From NCBI GenBank assembly GCA_051418015.1, contig JBPRGF010000014.1, positions 32,001-96,000 on the forward strand: a stretch of DNA of 64,000 nt, in the 5' to 3' direction. The DNA comes from Candidatus Nitrospinota bacterium M3_3B_026. GTDB taxonomy: Bacteria; Nitrospinota_A; UBA7883; JBPRGF01. Shown in pieces: positions 41,862-50,469 of this stretch (within the stretch, counting starts at the first letter, position 1; each line of letters starts with the position of its first letter). Made by a program: the position numbers and the translations under genes. The notes under the pieces are model-generated. The model searched no databases. It was not told the DNA's origin and saw only the letters and a program-made list of their open reading frames with translations.

Positions 41862-43346
41862 ATGAAACAAGACCGAAGAATAGAGCTTTTAAAGGACATC
41901 GCCGGCCTCATCGGCTCCGTGGCCGACCTGGACAACCTGCTCGCGCTGCTGGTCATCACCGCCACGCGCGTCCTGGAGGTCCGCGCCTCGTCGTTGTTGC
42001 TGCTGGACAAGAAGACCGGCCGCCTTTACTTCCACACCGCCCTCGGCGACAAGAAAGAGAACGTGAAGGAGTTCGAGCTGAAAAAGGGCGAGGGGATAGC
42101 CGGGTGGGTCTTCGAGCGCGGCGAGCCTCTGCTTGTCGAGAACGTGAAGGAAGACCCCCGCTGGGCCTCCGAGATCGCGGAGAAAGTGGGCTTCAACACG
42201 GGGTCCATAGCCTGCGCGCCCCTGAAGGTGGAAGGGGAGGTGATAGGCGTCCTGGAGGTCATAGACAGAGAGGACGGCGCTCCCCTGCGGCCGGAGGACC
42301 TGAAACAGCTGCAGGCATTCTCCGATCTGGCCGCCGCGACGCTCCTGAGCGCCAGGGCGTACAAGAACGTCCAGAGGGAGGTCAGCGAGCTGCGCCGGGA
42401 GCTCGGCTCGAGACGGCGCATAATCGGAAACTCCCCCTCCGTCAGGAAGGCCCTGGAGGACTGTTCCAAGGTGGCCGACTCCAAGGCCACGACGCTCATC
42501 ACCGGGGAGTCCGGCACGGGCAAGGAGCTTTTCGCCCGGCTCATCCACGATCTGTCGCCGCGGAGCGGCGGCCCCATGACGGTTGTCAACTGCGGCGCGC
42601 TGCCGGAGACCCTGCTGGAGCGGGAGCTTTTCGGCCACGAGAAGGGCGCCTTCACGGGGGCCGATTCCATGAAGCCCGGCCTTTTCGAGTCCGCCGACAC
42701 GGGTACCATATTCCTCGATGAGATAGCGGAGACGTCCCCCGCCATGCAGGTCAAGCTGCTGCGGGTCCTGCAGGAGGGAGCGTTTTACAGGGTCGGCGGC
42801 TCCTCGCCGATCCGCGTGGACGTCAGGGTCATCGCGGCCACGAACAAAGACCTTGAGAAGATGGTGAAGGAGAAGACGTTCCGCGAGGATCTTTTTTACA
42901 GGCTCAACGTCTTCAGGCTGCGCCTGCCGCCGCTGCGGGACAGGAGGGACGACATCCCCGCCCTCGCGGAAAAGTTCCTGGCCCGGACGGCGCGGGATAT
43001 GAGCCGCCCTGTCAGGGGTTTTTCGGACGAGGCGATGAACGCCCTCATGAGATACTCCTGGCCCGGCAACATCCGCCAACTGGAGAACGCCGTGGAGCGC
43101 GCCGTGATAATGTCCGAGTCGGAGTTGATCGAGCTCGACGACCTGCCTGGGGAGGTGCGGGAGACCGGCGGCGGGGACATTCACGTGGGCATGAGCCTGA
43201 AAGACGCCCAGGACGGCTTCAAGAGGGCGTTTATAGCGCAATCGCTGGCGTTCCTCGGCGGCAACAAGACGAAAACGGCTAAGATGCTGGGCATACAGCG
43301 CACCTACCTGAGCAGGCTCATAAGGGAGCTTGGCATAAACTCTTAA
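41862..43346 (+). CDS. Sigma-54 enhancer-binding protein (GAF-AAA+-HTH)
   Basis: GAF domain, GESGTGKE, GAFTGA, FLDEI, WPGNIRQLEN and Fis-type HTH. Confidence 0.95.
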   Translation: MKQDRRIELLKDIAGLIGSVADLDNLLALLVITATRVLEVRASSLLLLDKKTGRLYFHTALGDKKENVKEFELKKGEGIAGWVFERGEPLLVENVKEDPRWASEIAEKVGFNTGSIACAPLKVEGEVIGVLEVIDREDGAPLRPEDLKQLQAFSDLAAATLLSARAYKNVQREVSELRRELGSRRRIIGNSPSVRKALEDCSKVADSKATTLITGESGTGKELFARLIHDLSPRSGGPMTVVNCGALPETLLERELFGHEKGAFTGADSMKPGLFESADTGTIFLDEIAETSPAMQVKLLRVLQEGAFYRVGGSSPIRVDVRVIAATNKDLEKMVKEKTFREDLFYRLNVFRLRLPPLRDRRDDIPALAEKFLARTARDMSRPVRGFSDEAMNALMRYSWPGNIRQLENAVERAVIMSESELIELDDLPGEVRETGGGDIHVGMSLKDAQDGFKRAFIAQSLAFLGGNKTKTAKMLGIQRTYLSRLIRELGINS

Positions 43347-43374
43347 AACGCCGGGCGGCGGGACGCGCCCGGGG

Positions 43375-44199
43375 ATGGAAGGCATGGAAAACCTCGTATG
43401 GATCGCCGCGGGCCTCGCCCTGATAGCGATGATAGCCACCAGGCTGAGGGAGCAGAGGCAGGAGTCGCGCCACAGGAGGGGGCTGTCACCCGCCGCGTCC
43501 AACCGGTTTCGCGGCGGCCACGACGGGATGTTCGACGCGCGGGTTATAGCCTTGGAGTTCGACGAATCCGGCCCGGTGATGTTCATAAACGGCAAGTTCA
43601 AAAACGGCGAGGAGCCTACGGACATCGGGCTGGTGACGGCGGAGGTGGAGCACGCCGCGGGGACGGAGACTTTTTTCCCGTTCGACGCCGACACGGGCGA
43701 GGAACCCGGCGAGCGCAGGCTGGGAGACCTTGTGAACCTTGTCGCGCCCGCCTCCTTCTCTCCCTTCGAGAGGGGGATGTTCCGCGCGCCCCTTTTCTCT
43801 CCGGACCGCGAGGAGCGCCTCGCCAGCGCCGTCGACCGGCTGGACAGCGCCGCCATGCGCATGGTGGAGAAGCTCGATCGGGAGTTTGACAGCTACTCTC
43901 TGGAGGGGGAGCCGCTGGCCCGGCTGGAGGAGGACTTCCGGCGTGATTTCGTGGTGAAGGAAATCGCCGATGAGATAGAACGCGAGCTTCTCTGGCGGCC
44001 GGGACGCTTTTCGATCATCGCGAAGTTCGTGTCCGGCGGCAATGACGTCGTGGACAAGATATCCCTGACGATCCATCTCGACCAGAGCAACGCCGAAAAG
44101 CTCAGGAAAAACGTGGACGCGATAATAACCAACGCCCTCCGCGCCGAGCTGGACCTGGAGCCTGCGCTCTACACCCCGGTGATATTCGAGAGAGAATAG
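43375..44199 (+). CDS. Hypothetical protein with an N-terminal transmembrane helix
   Basis: 274-aa ORF in line with its neighbours; LVWIAAGLALIAMIA. Confidence 0.7.
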   Translation: MEGMENLVWIAAGLALIAMIATRLREQRQESRHRRGLSPAASNRFRGGHDGMFDARVIALEFDESGPVMFINGKFKNGEEPTDIGLVTAEVEHAAGTETFFPFDADTGEEPGERRLGDLVNLVAPASFSPFERGMFRAPLFSPDREERLASAVDRLDSAAMRMVEKLDREFDSYSLEGEPLARLEEDFRRDFVVKEIADEIERELLWRPGRFSIIAKFVSGGNDVVDKISLTIHLDQSNAEKLRKNVDAIITNALRAELDLEPALYTPVIFERE

Positions 44200-44216
44200 G
44201 CGGCGCGAAGACAGGC

Positions 44217-44440
44217 GGCGGGATCCTTCGCCCCGGGATTTTTCGGCTTCGCCTTAGAATGACAAGGGGGGCTCCGAGGATGGCGAAAGCTCATCGTGGC
44301 GCCACTCTGAGCGAAGAGCCTCGCAATGGACTCCGCTATGTCATGCTGAGCAAAGCGAAGCATCTCGCGCCGGATAAAACGATGAGATCCTTCATCTGCG
44401 GCTCAGGATGACAAAGGGGCGCCTCAGAAATGACAAAGGT
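44217..44440. repeat. REP-like palindromic repeat cluster 2
   Basis: TGTCATGCTGAGCAAAGCGAAGCATCTC (44339-44366) inverted to GAGATCCTTCATCTGCGGCTCAGGATGACA (44384-44413), plus degenerate copies. Confidence 0.75.
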
Positions 44441-44445
44441 GGGTC

Positions 44446-45639
44446 TCAGGCTTGTTTGAGCTTGCGCAGGTAGTCCGCCATTATCCTCGCCGCCCGGTCC
44501 GCCGCGCCCGGCTCTCCCAGCGAGTCCCTCACTTTTTCAAGCTCGTTCCGGGCCTTCTCGCGCCTGCCCGCGTCCTCGAGAAAGGAAAGCGTTGTTTTGG
44601 CGATGTTCTTCGCCGTGACTTTGCGCTGGATGAGCTCCGGGACTATCTCCCGCCCCGCGATGAGGTTCGGCAGCCCGGCCCACTTTACGTGGCTCAATAG
44701 TTTAGCGAGAAAATAGGAGAGAGCATCGGCCTTGTAGACGATGACCATCGGCGTCCCCGCTATGGCCGCCTGGAGAGTGGACGTGCCGGACTTGCATATC
44801 AGGAAGTCGCAGGCGCTCATCACCTCCCACGTCCTGCCCCGAACCACCGCCGCCTCCACGCCGGCGGCCTCGACCTTTTCCCTTATATAAGAAGGGTCGA
44901 CCGACTCCGCGGCGGGGATGACCACCTTGACCGGCTTTTTCGCGCGGATGATCTTCACCGCGTCCAGCATCTCCGGCAGCATCCGCTCCACCTCCGCCTC
45001 CCGCGAGCCCGGCACAAGGCCCAGCAAAGTATGCCCCATCCCGGCGCCGAGTTCGGCCCGCAGGGCGGCCCTGTCCTCCACGGGCTCAAGCTCGTCCAGC
45101 AGGGGGTGGCCGACGAAATGGGCGTTCACACCCCGGCGGATGTAAAACTCCTCCTCGAAGGGGAAGGCCACGATCATGAGATCCACATATCGTTTTATCG
45201 TCTTCACCCTCCCCCTGCGCCAGGCCCAGACCTGCGGGCAGACGTAGTAGAAAACCGGTGTGGCGGAATTCTCGGCGGCCTTGGCGAGGCGGAGGTTGAA
45301 CTCGGGATAGTCGATCAGGACGATGGCGTCATACTCCCCCGCGGCGGCCTTTTCCTTGAGCTTGCCGAGGACGTCGAAGAAGAAGCGGAACCTGCCGGCC
45401 ATGGAGCCGAGCCCCACGGACGACATCTCGGTGACATCGAAGAAAGTCGTTCCCCCCGCCTGCCTCATGCGCCCTCCGCCGATCCCTTCCACCCGCAGAC
45501 CTTCGATGAGCCTCTTCAGGCTTCTAGTGATCTGGGCCGCGTAGACGTCGCCGGACTCCTCCCCCGCGACGACAAGGATCTTCTCGGCGGCGGGCTTTGC
45601 GAGGCCGGGTTTTATCAGATCATGAAACGGATCTGCCAT
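44446..45639 (-). CDS. lpxB: Lipid-A-disaccharide synthase
   Basis: AGEESGD, IDYPEFN, PQVWAWR, FVGHP, PGSR, KSGT and PELIQ motifs. Confidence 0.95.
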   Translation of the reverse strand: MADPFHDLIKPGLAKPAAEKILVVAGEESGDVYAAQITRSLKRLIEGLRVEGIGGGRMRQAGGTTFFDVTEMSSVGLGSMAGRFRFFFDVLGKLKEKAAAGEYDAIVLIDYPEFNLRLAKAAENSATPVFYYVCPQVWAWRRGRVKTIKRYVDLMIVAFPFEEEFYIRRGVNAHFVGHPLLDELEPVEDRAALRAELGAGMGHTLLGLVPGSREAEVERMLPEMLDAVKIIRAKKPVKVVIPAAESVDPSYIREKVEAAGVEAAVVRGRTWEVMSACDFLICKSGTSTLQAAIAGTPMVIVYKADALSYFLAKLLSHVKWAGLPNLIAGREIVPELIQRKVTAKNIAKTTLSFLEDAGRREKARNELEKVRDSLGEPGAADRAARIMADYLRKLKQA

Positions 45640-46319
45640 ACCCTGTAGAAAGCCTCGAAAAATATTGTCCAGGACATCTTGGACTTGCCACCCTCCCTGT
45701 CCTTGAAGACTATCGGAATCTCCTTTATCTTAAACCCTTTTTTGCTCGCCCTGTAGGTCATCTCTATCTGGAAGGAATAACCCTCGGAGCGGACCTCGTC
45801 CAGGGGCAGCGACTCCAGGATCCTCCGCCGGAAACATTTGAAGCCCCCCGTGAGGTCGCGGTATGGCAGGGAGAGTATGATCCTGGAATAGAGGCTTCCT
45901 CCCATGGATATGATCTTGCGGAAGAAAGGCCAGTTCTCCACGCCGCCGCCCTCCACGTAGCGGGAGCCTATGACAAGATCCGCCTCGCGCGCCGCCTCCA
46001 GGAAATCGGGGAGGTAGGCCGGGTCGTGGGAGAAATCGGCGTCCATCTCGAATATGTATTCGAACCCGTGTTCCAGGGCGTGCTTGAACCCGGCGATGTA
46101 CGCCGTGCCCAGACCGAGCTTGCCAGGCCTGCGCAGAAGGCGGACGCGCTCGTCTTTTTCCGACAGCCTTTCCACGAGGCCGCCCGTGCCGTCGGGAGAG
46201 TTGTCGTCCACCACCAGGACGGAGGCTTCGGGGAGCCTGTCGTGTATCGCGCCGATAAGCCTTTCTATGTTCTCTATCTCGTTGTAGGTCGGGATGATGA
46301 CAAGGGTTTGGGAATTCAT
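45615..46319 (-). CDS. Polyprenol-monophosphomannose synthase (GT2)
   Basis: IPTYNE, DDNSPDGT, MDADFSH and GYSFQIE motifs. Confidence 0.9.
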   Translation of the reverse strand: MNSQTLVIIPTYNEIENIERLIGAIHDRLPEASVLVVDDNSPDGTGGLVERLSEKDERVRLLRRPGKLGLGTAYIAGFKHALEHGFEYIFEMDADFSHDPAYLPDFLEAAREADLVIGSRYVEGGGVENWPFFRKIISMGGSLYSRIILSLPYRDLTGGFKCFRRRILESLPLDEVRSEGYSFQIEMTYRASKKGFKIKEIPIVFKDREGGKSKMSWTIFFEAFYRVWQIRFMI

Positions 46320-46389
46320 AGGAGGGCATTTTAAGGTAAAGAGCCGCTGGAGGGCAATCACGGAGAGAGGAGCGTCAAAATTCCGTCTA

Positions 46390-46416
46390 TCAAGTTATCC
46401 TGAAACTCTCCGACAA
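46390..46416 (+). promoter_or_regulatory. Possible sigma-28 (FliA) promoter of the FlgO-like operon
   Basis: TCAAG-N14-TCCGACAA versus the consensus T(A/C)AAG-N14-GCCGATAA. Confidence 0.45.
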
Positions 46417-46509
46417 TTAGGGTGTAATCTCAACGTGGCCAGGCCCCAGAGCGCCTGAAACTGGATCTACATTAATAACGTCGATTACGTTTGAACGATG
46501 GCGATTCGC

Positions 46510-47100
46510 ATGAAACCTGCCGTGGCTTTCAGTCTTGTTCCGGTTCTCCTGCTGGCCTTCCTCGGAGCCTGCGCGCTGCTGGAGCGGGATTTCACGGCAA
46601 GCAAGGCCGAGGCGCTGAACAGGGAAATAGGAAAGGTCGCCATAGAGCTCGCCAACCGCCTGCGTGAGTTCGACCCCACGGACAAGACCATAGCCGTCGC
46701 CACATTCGTCGAGCTGGACCGGCTGGAGAGCACATCCTCCTTCGGCAGGCTGGTAGCCGAGCGGCTCGCCGCGGAGCTTTACAAGCTCGGCTTCAGGGTC
46801 CGCGAGCTGCGGCAGATGAGCGAGGTGGAGATCGTCCCGGATAAGGGCGAGCTGGCCCTCTCCCGCCGGGCGGAGCGGCTTGTGAAAAAATACCGGGTGG
46901 ACGCGCTGGTCACGGGCACCTACGCCATGGTCGGCGACGAGGTGATGGTCAGCGCCCGGCTTTTGAGCGTGGACACGGCAAGGGTGGTCTCCGTGGGCAA
47001 GATGGTGGCCCACGCGAGGATGAACTCCTACATCCATGATCTTCTGACCCGCCGGTCCGAGGCGAGCGCGCCGGTGGTGAGGGTGCACGGCGATGAGTAG
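46510..47100 (+). CDS. FlgO-family outer-membrane lipoprotein (1 domain)
   Basis: Lipobox LGAC; TFV.LD.L..TSSFGR...GELALSR...GTY...VSARL. Confidence 0.8.
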   Translation: MKPAVAFSLVPVLLLAFLGACALLERDFTASKAEALNREIGKVAIELANRLREFDPTDKTIAVATFVELDRLESTSSFGRLVAERLAAELYKLGFRVRELRQMSEVEIVPDKGELALSRRAERLVKKYRVDALVTGTYAMVGDEVMVSARLLSVDTARVVSVGKMVAHARMNSYIHDLLTRRSEASAPVVRVHGDE

Positions 47101-48289
47101 GGGGATCACAGGGATGAGCGCGAAACACTGGGCGGCTCTCGTCATGTCCGCCGTCATCGCCGCGGGATGCTACCCGTACCGCAAGGAGCCGGACTTCCAG
47201 AGCAGGCTCGTCCCTTCGCGGCCTTCCTATGGCGGGCAATATGAGTGGCCGCCATACTCGGCGATATACACCCAGCGCTTTGTCTGGAAGATGCGCTACA
47301 TGGCCGAGAGGCTGGCCGCCGGGATGCCCGAGGGGGAAAGGGAGAGAACGCCCCTGCTCATGACCACCATGGCGCCGGCGGACGACATCTACCGCGGGAC
47401 GAGCTTCGGCAGGCTTGTCACCGAGACGCTGATGACGGAGCTTTCCGCGCAGGGGTTTGAGGTCATCGAGGCGAGAAAGATGGACGGCTACAAAATCCTC
47501 GACCACGAGGGCGAGTTCTATCTCTCCCGCGACGTCAAGAGGATAGCCGCCGAGCACGAGGCCGGCGCGGCCCTCGTCGGGACGTACTCCGAGTCCGGCG
47601 GCCAGGCCATCATAAACACCAGGATCATAGACACAAGGCAAGGCAGGGTCATCGCCGCCGCCACGGCCATGATGGACATACGCGGCGACAGGTTCCTCGG
47701 GCCGATCCTGACCGGGGATGGCGCTGGCGGGACAGGCGCCGAAACGCCGGAGATAGCCACGCGCAAGAAGGTGATGCCCGCCGAGGATCCATACTCCGAG
47801 GTGTTGCGGGACATGGCCCGCGATATGGCCTATGACGTGGCCGAGGCGGCCGCGGGCGAGGCGGGCCGGGCGCCGGTCATCGCCGTCGCCACCTTTGTGG
47901 ACGTGGACAACATGTACCGCGCCGCCACCTTCGGAAGGTACATTACGGAGCTTCTGATGGAGAACCTCTCCTCCATGGGCCACGAGGTGCTCGAGCTTCG
48001 CGCCGCGCCGGAGGTGTTCGTCGACCTGCGGATAGGCGAGCTTGCCCTGACCAGGGAGATGAGCCAGCTCGTCGGCTCGACCGGCGCCGGCGCGGTCGTC
48101 CTCGGCACCTACACCAAGGCCGGCGACAAGGTGATGGTCAGCGCCAGGATGGTCGTGAAAAAGACGAAGAGAGTTATCGGCGTGGGGAGCATGACGGTGG
48201 ACGCGGGCGAAGAGAACGAGTTCGTCGCGGCGCTTCTGAAAAACGAGATAGCCGCCGTTCCACCAACCGAGACCGTGGAGGGTTTTTGA
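47093..48289 (+). CDS. FlgO-family lipoprotein (2 tandem domains)
   Basis: Lipobox AAGC; two FGR...GE..L.R...GTY repeats. Confidence 0.8.
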   Translation: MSRGITGMSAKHWAALVMSAVIAAGCYPYRKEPDFQSRLVPSRPSYGGQYEWPPYSAIYTQRFVWKMRYMAERLAAGMPEGERERTPLLMTTMAPADDIYRGTSFGRLVTETLMTELSAQGFEVIEARKMDGYKILDHEGEFYLSRDVKRIAAEHEAGAALVGTYSESGGQAIINTRIIDTRQGRVIAAATAMMDIRGDRFLGPILTGDGAGGTGAETPEIATRKKVMPAEDPYSEVLRDMARDMAYDVAEAAAGEAGRAPVIAVATFVDVDNMYRAATFGRYITELLMENLSSMGHEVLELRAAPEVFVDLRIGELALTREMSQLVGSTGAGAVVLGTYTKAGDKVMVSARMVVKKTKRVIGVGSMTVDAGEENEFVAALLKNEIAAVPPTETVEGF

Positions 48290-48290
48290 G

Positions 48291-48845
48291 ATGAAAGCGG
48301 CAAGACTCATCGCGGGACTCTTGTTCGCGGCGGCCGCGCTTTCCGGCTGCGCGGGGCTCGCGGCGGCCCCGAAACGCGCCGTGGGGCCGGCGCCGGACGA
48401 CCAGTTCGGCGCGATGTACCTGGCCTACACGATCAAGGGCCAACTCCGCCACAGGGAGGTGATGGACCAGCCTATCGTCGTCACCACCTTCGTCGACCTG
48501 AACAACCTGGCCAGGTCATCGGTCTTCGGCAGGGTCCTGGCGGAGAAGCTGCTGACGGAGCTTCACCTGGCGGGGTTCACGGTGTCGGAGATAAGAAAAG
48601 GCAGGGACATCTTCATCCGCAAGGAGTTGGGGGAGCTTATCCTCTCCCGCGACTCCAGGGAGATACTGGGCAAGTCGAGGGCGCGGGCCGCCCTGGCGGG
48701 GACCTACGTGGCCACGGAGGATTCCGTGATAGTCAACGCAAGGCTCATAGACGTGGGCAGCCCGCTGATCCTCTCCTCCTGCTCCTACAATCTCCCCATG
48801 ACGGGTGAGCTTCAGAAACTTTTGACGGGCGAGGCCCCGTTTTAG
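48291..48845 (+). CDS. FlgO-family lipoprotein (1 domain)
   Basis: Lipobox LSGC; TTFVDLNNL..SSVFGR..GELILSRD..GTY..VNARLID. Confidence 0.8.
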   Translation: MKAARLIAGLLFAAAALSGCAGLAAAPKRAVGPAPDDQFGAMYLAYTIKGQLRHREVMDQPIVVTTFVDLNNLARSSVFGRVLAEKLLTELHLAGFTVSEIRKGRDIFIRKELGELILSRDSREILGKSRARAALAGTYVATEDSVIVNARLIDVGSPLILSSCSYNLPMTGELQKLLTGEAPF

Positions 48846-48869
48846 AAGATGAGCCGAGGAGACTGGAAA

Positions 48870-49427
48870 ATGAGAGTTTTTGAGCTTGCGGTGGCGGTCT
48901 TCTTCGTCGCGGCCCTCGCCGCGCCGCCGGCCTTCGCCAACGGTGTCCCGGAGAGCGCGACGCCCGCCGACGGGGCCATGGCCGGGAGCGCGGAGGCAAA
49001 AGAGATGAAAAAGACCGAAAGCGCGGGGCCGACGCCGCCCTCCGCGGAAGCGGACCAGGAGATAACCCCCCCGGTGAGCGGCGCGGGGGCGGAGGCCGTC
49101 GCCCCGGCAGTGAGCGGGGAGGGGACGACCGAGAGGAGGATCGGCGTCGTTACCACGTCCCCCATGCCGCCGACGATACGCAAGGTCTCCGTGCTTATAG
49201 AGTCGTCCCCCTCGAATTGCGACATCGAGATAGACGGCGTGTACGTGGGGTCTACACCGGTACAGCTTTCGCTAAAAGAGGGCGTGCACCACGTCAAGAT
49301 ATCGAGGGAGGGGTACCTCCCCTGGGCGAAGGCGGTGAAGGCTTACCACGGCCTTTATGTGAACCCGGCGCTGGTCAGCGAGTCGGCCCGCTCCGCGGAC
49401 ATCAAGGAAAGCGCGAGCGCCAGGTGA
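48870..49427 (+). CDS. Secreted PEGA-domain protein
   Basis: Signal peptide (AFA), low-complexity linker, SSPSNCDIEIDGVYVGSTP..G.H.V.I..EGY. Confidence 0.8.
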   Translation: MRVFELAVAVFFVAALAAPPAFANGVPESATPADGAMAGSAEAKEMKKTESAGPTPPSAEADQEITPPVSGAGAEAVAPAVSGEGTTERRIGVVTTSPMPPTIRKVSVLIESSPSNCDIEIDGVYVGSTPVQLSLKEGVHHVKISREGYLPWAKAVKAYHGLYVNPALVSESARSADIKESASAR

Positions 49428-49452
49428 CGCCTTTAGCGGCGCGCCGGGCTTG

Positions 49453-50343
49453 TCATTCCTCCTCGGCCAGCCTCCGAAGGTATTCGCCGTACTCGTTCTT
49501 GCTCAAGGGGTCGGCAAGCCTCAGGAGCTGGTCTTTGTCTATGTAGCCCATCCTGTAGGCCACCTCCTCAACGCAGGCCACCTTGAGCCCCTGCCTGTTC
49601 TCGATGGTCTCGATGAAGTTCGCCGCCTCCAGCAGCGACTGGCTGGTGCCTGTGTCGAGCCATGCGACCCCCCGCCCCAGTACCCGCACGTCCAGGTCGC
49701 CGCGCTCGAGGTAGACGTTGTTGATGTCGGTGATCTCAAGCTCGCCCCGGACGGAGGGTTTCAGCCCCGCGGCTATCTCCACGACGTCGTTGTCGTAGTA
49801 GTAGAGCCCCGTGACGGCGAAATGGGACTTGGGATTTTCCGGCTTTTCCACGATCTTCTCCGGCCTGCCGTCCTTTGAAAGCTCCACCACCCCGTAACGG
49901 CTCGGGTCGCGCACCCAGTAGCCGAATATGGTGGCGCCGGATTCCCTGGCCGCGGCCTTTTTCATGGTCTCGGGCAGCCCCTCGCCGTAGAAAAGATTGT
50001 CACCCAGGATCATGATGACGGGATCGGAGCCTATGAACTCCCGCCCGATGATGAAAGCCTGCGCCAGCCCCTCGGGCCTGGGCTGTATGGCGTAGGATAT
50101 ATCGAGGCCCAGCTGCGAGCCGTCCCCTAAAAGCCGCTCGAAGCCGCTCTTGTCCTCGGGGGTGGTTATAATAAGTACCCGCCGGACGCCGGAGAGCATC
50201 AGCGTGGAGAGGGGATAGTAGATCATCGGCTTGTCGTACACCGGCAGAAGCTGCTTGCTGCCCGTCAGGGTCAGCGGATACAGCCTCGTCCCGGCGCCGC
50301 CGGCGAGGATTATCCCTTTTCTTCCTGTTTCGCTTTCACTCAT
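49453..50343 (-). CDS. rfbA: Glucose-1-phosphate thymidylyltransferase
   Basis: [32 protein letters not shown] and WLDTGT motifs. Confidence 0.96.
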   Translation of the reverse strand: MSESETGRKGIILAGGAGTRLYPLTLTGSKQLLPVYDKPMIYYPLSTLMLSGVRRVLIITTPEDKSGFERLLGDGSQLGLDISYAIQPRPEGLAQAFIIGREFIGSDPVIMILGDNLFYGEGLPETMKKAAARESGATIFGYWVRDPSRYGVVELSKDGRPEKIVEKPENPKSHFAVTGLYYYDNDVVEIAAGLKPSVRGELEITDINNVYLERGDLDVRVLGRGVAWLDTGTSQSLLEAANFIETIENRQGLKVACVEEVAYRMGYIDKDQLLRLADPLSKNEYGEYLRRLAEEE

Positions 50344-50469
50344 GGAAAACCGTCAGTTTTGTTTTGAAAACACCGCGGAAAAGATTGTAACATCACGCGA
50401 GCGGCTGATCGCTCATTATACACAGCCCGCTCGCCTCGAATCCATGGCATACCCATTATGGCGCGTTGA

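Noticed and set aside
41862..43346. NifA
   Set aside because: The GAF-AAA-HTH architecture is shared by many activators and no nif genes are in the window
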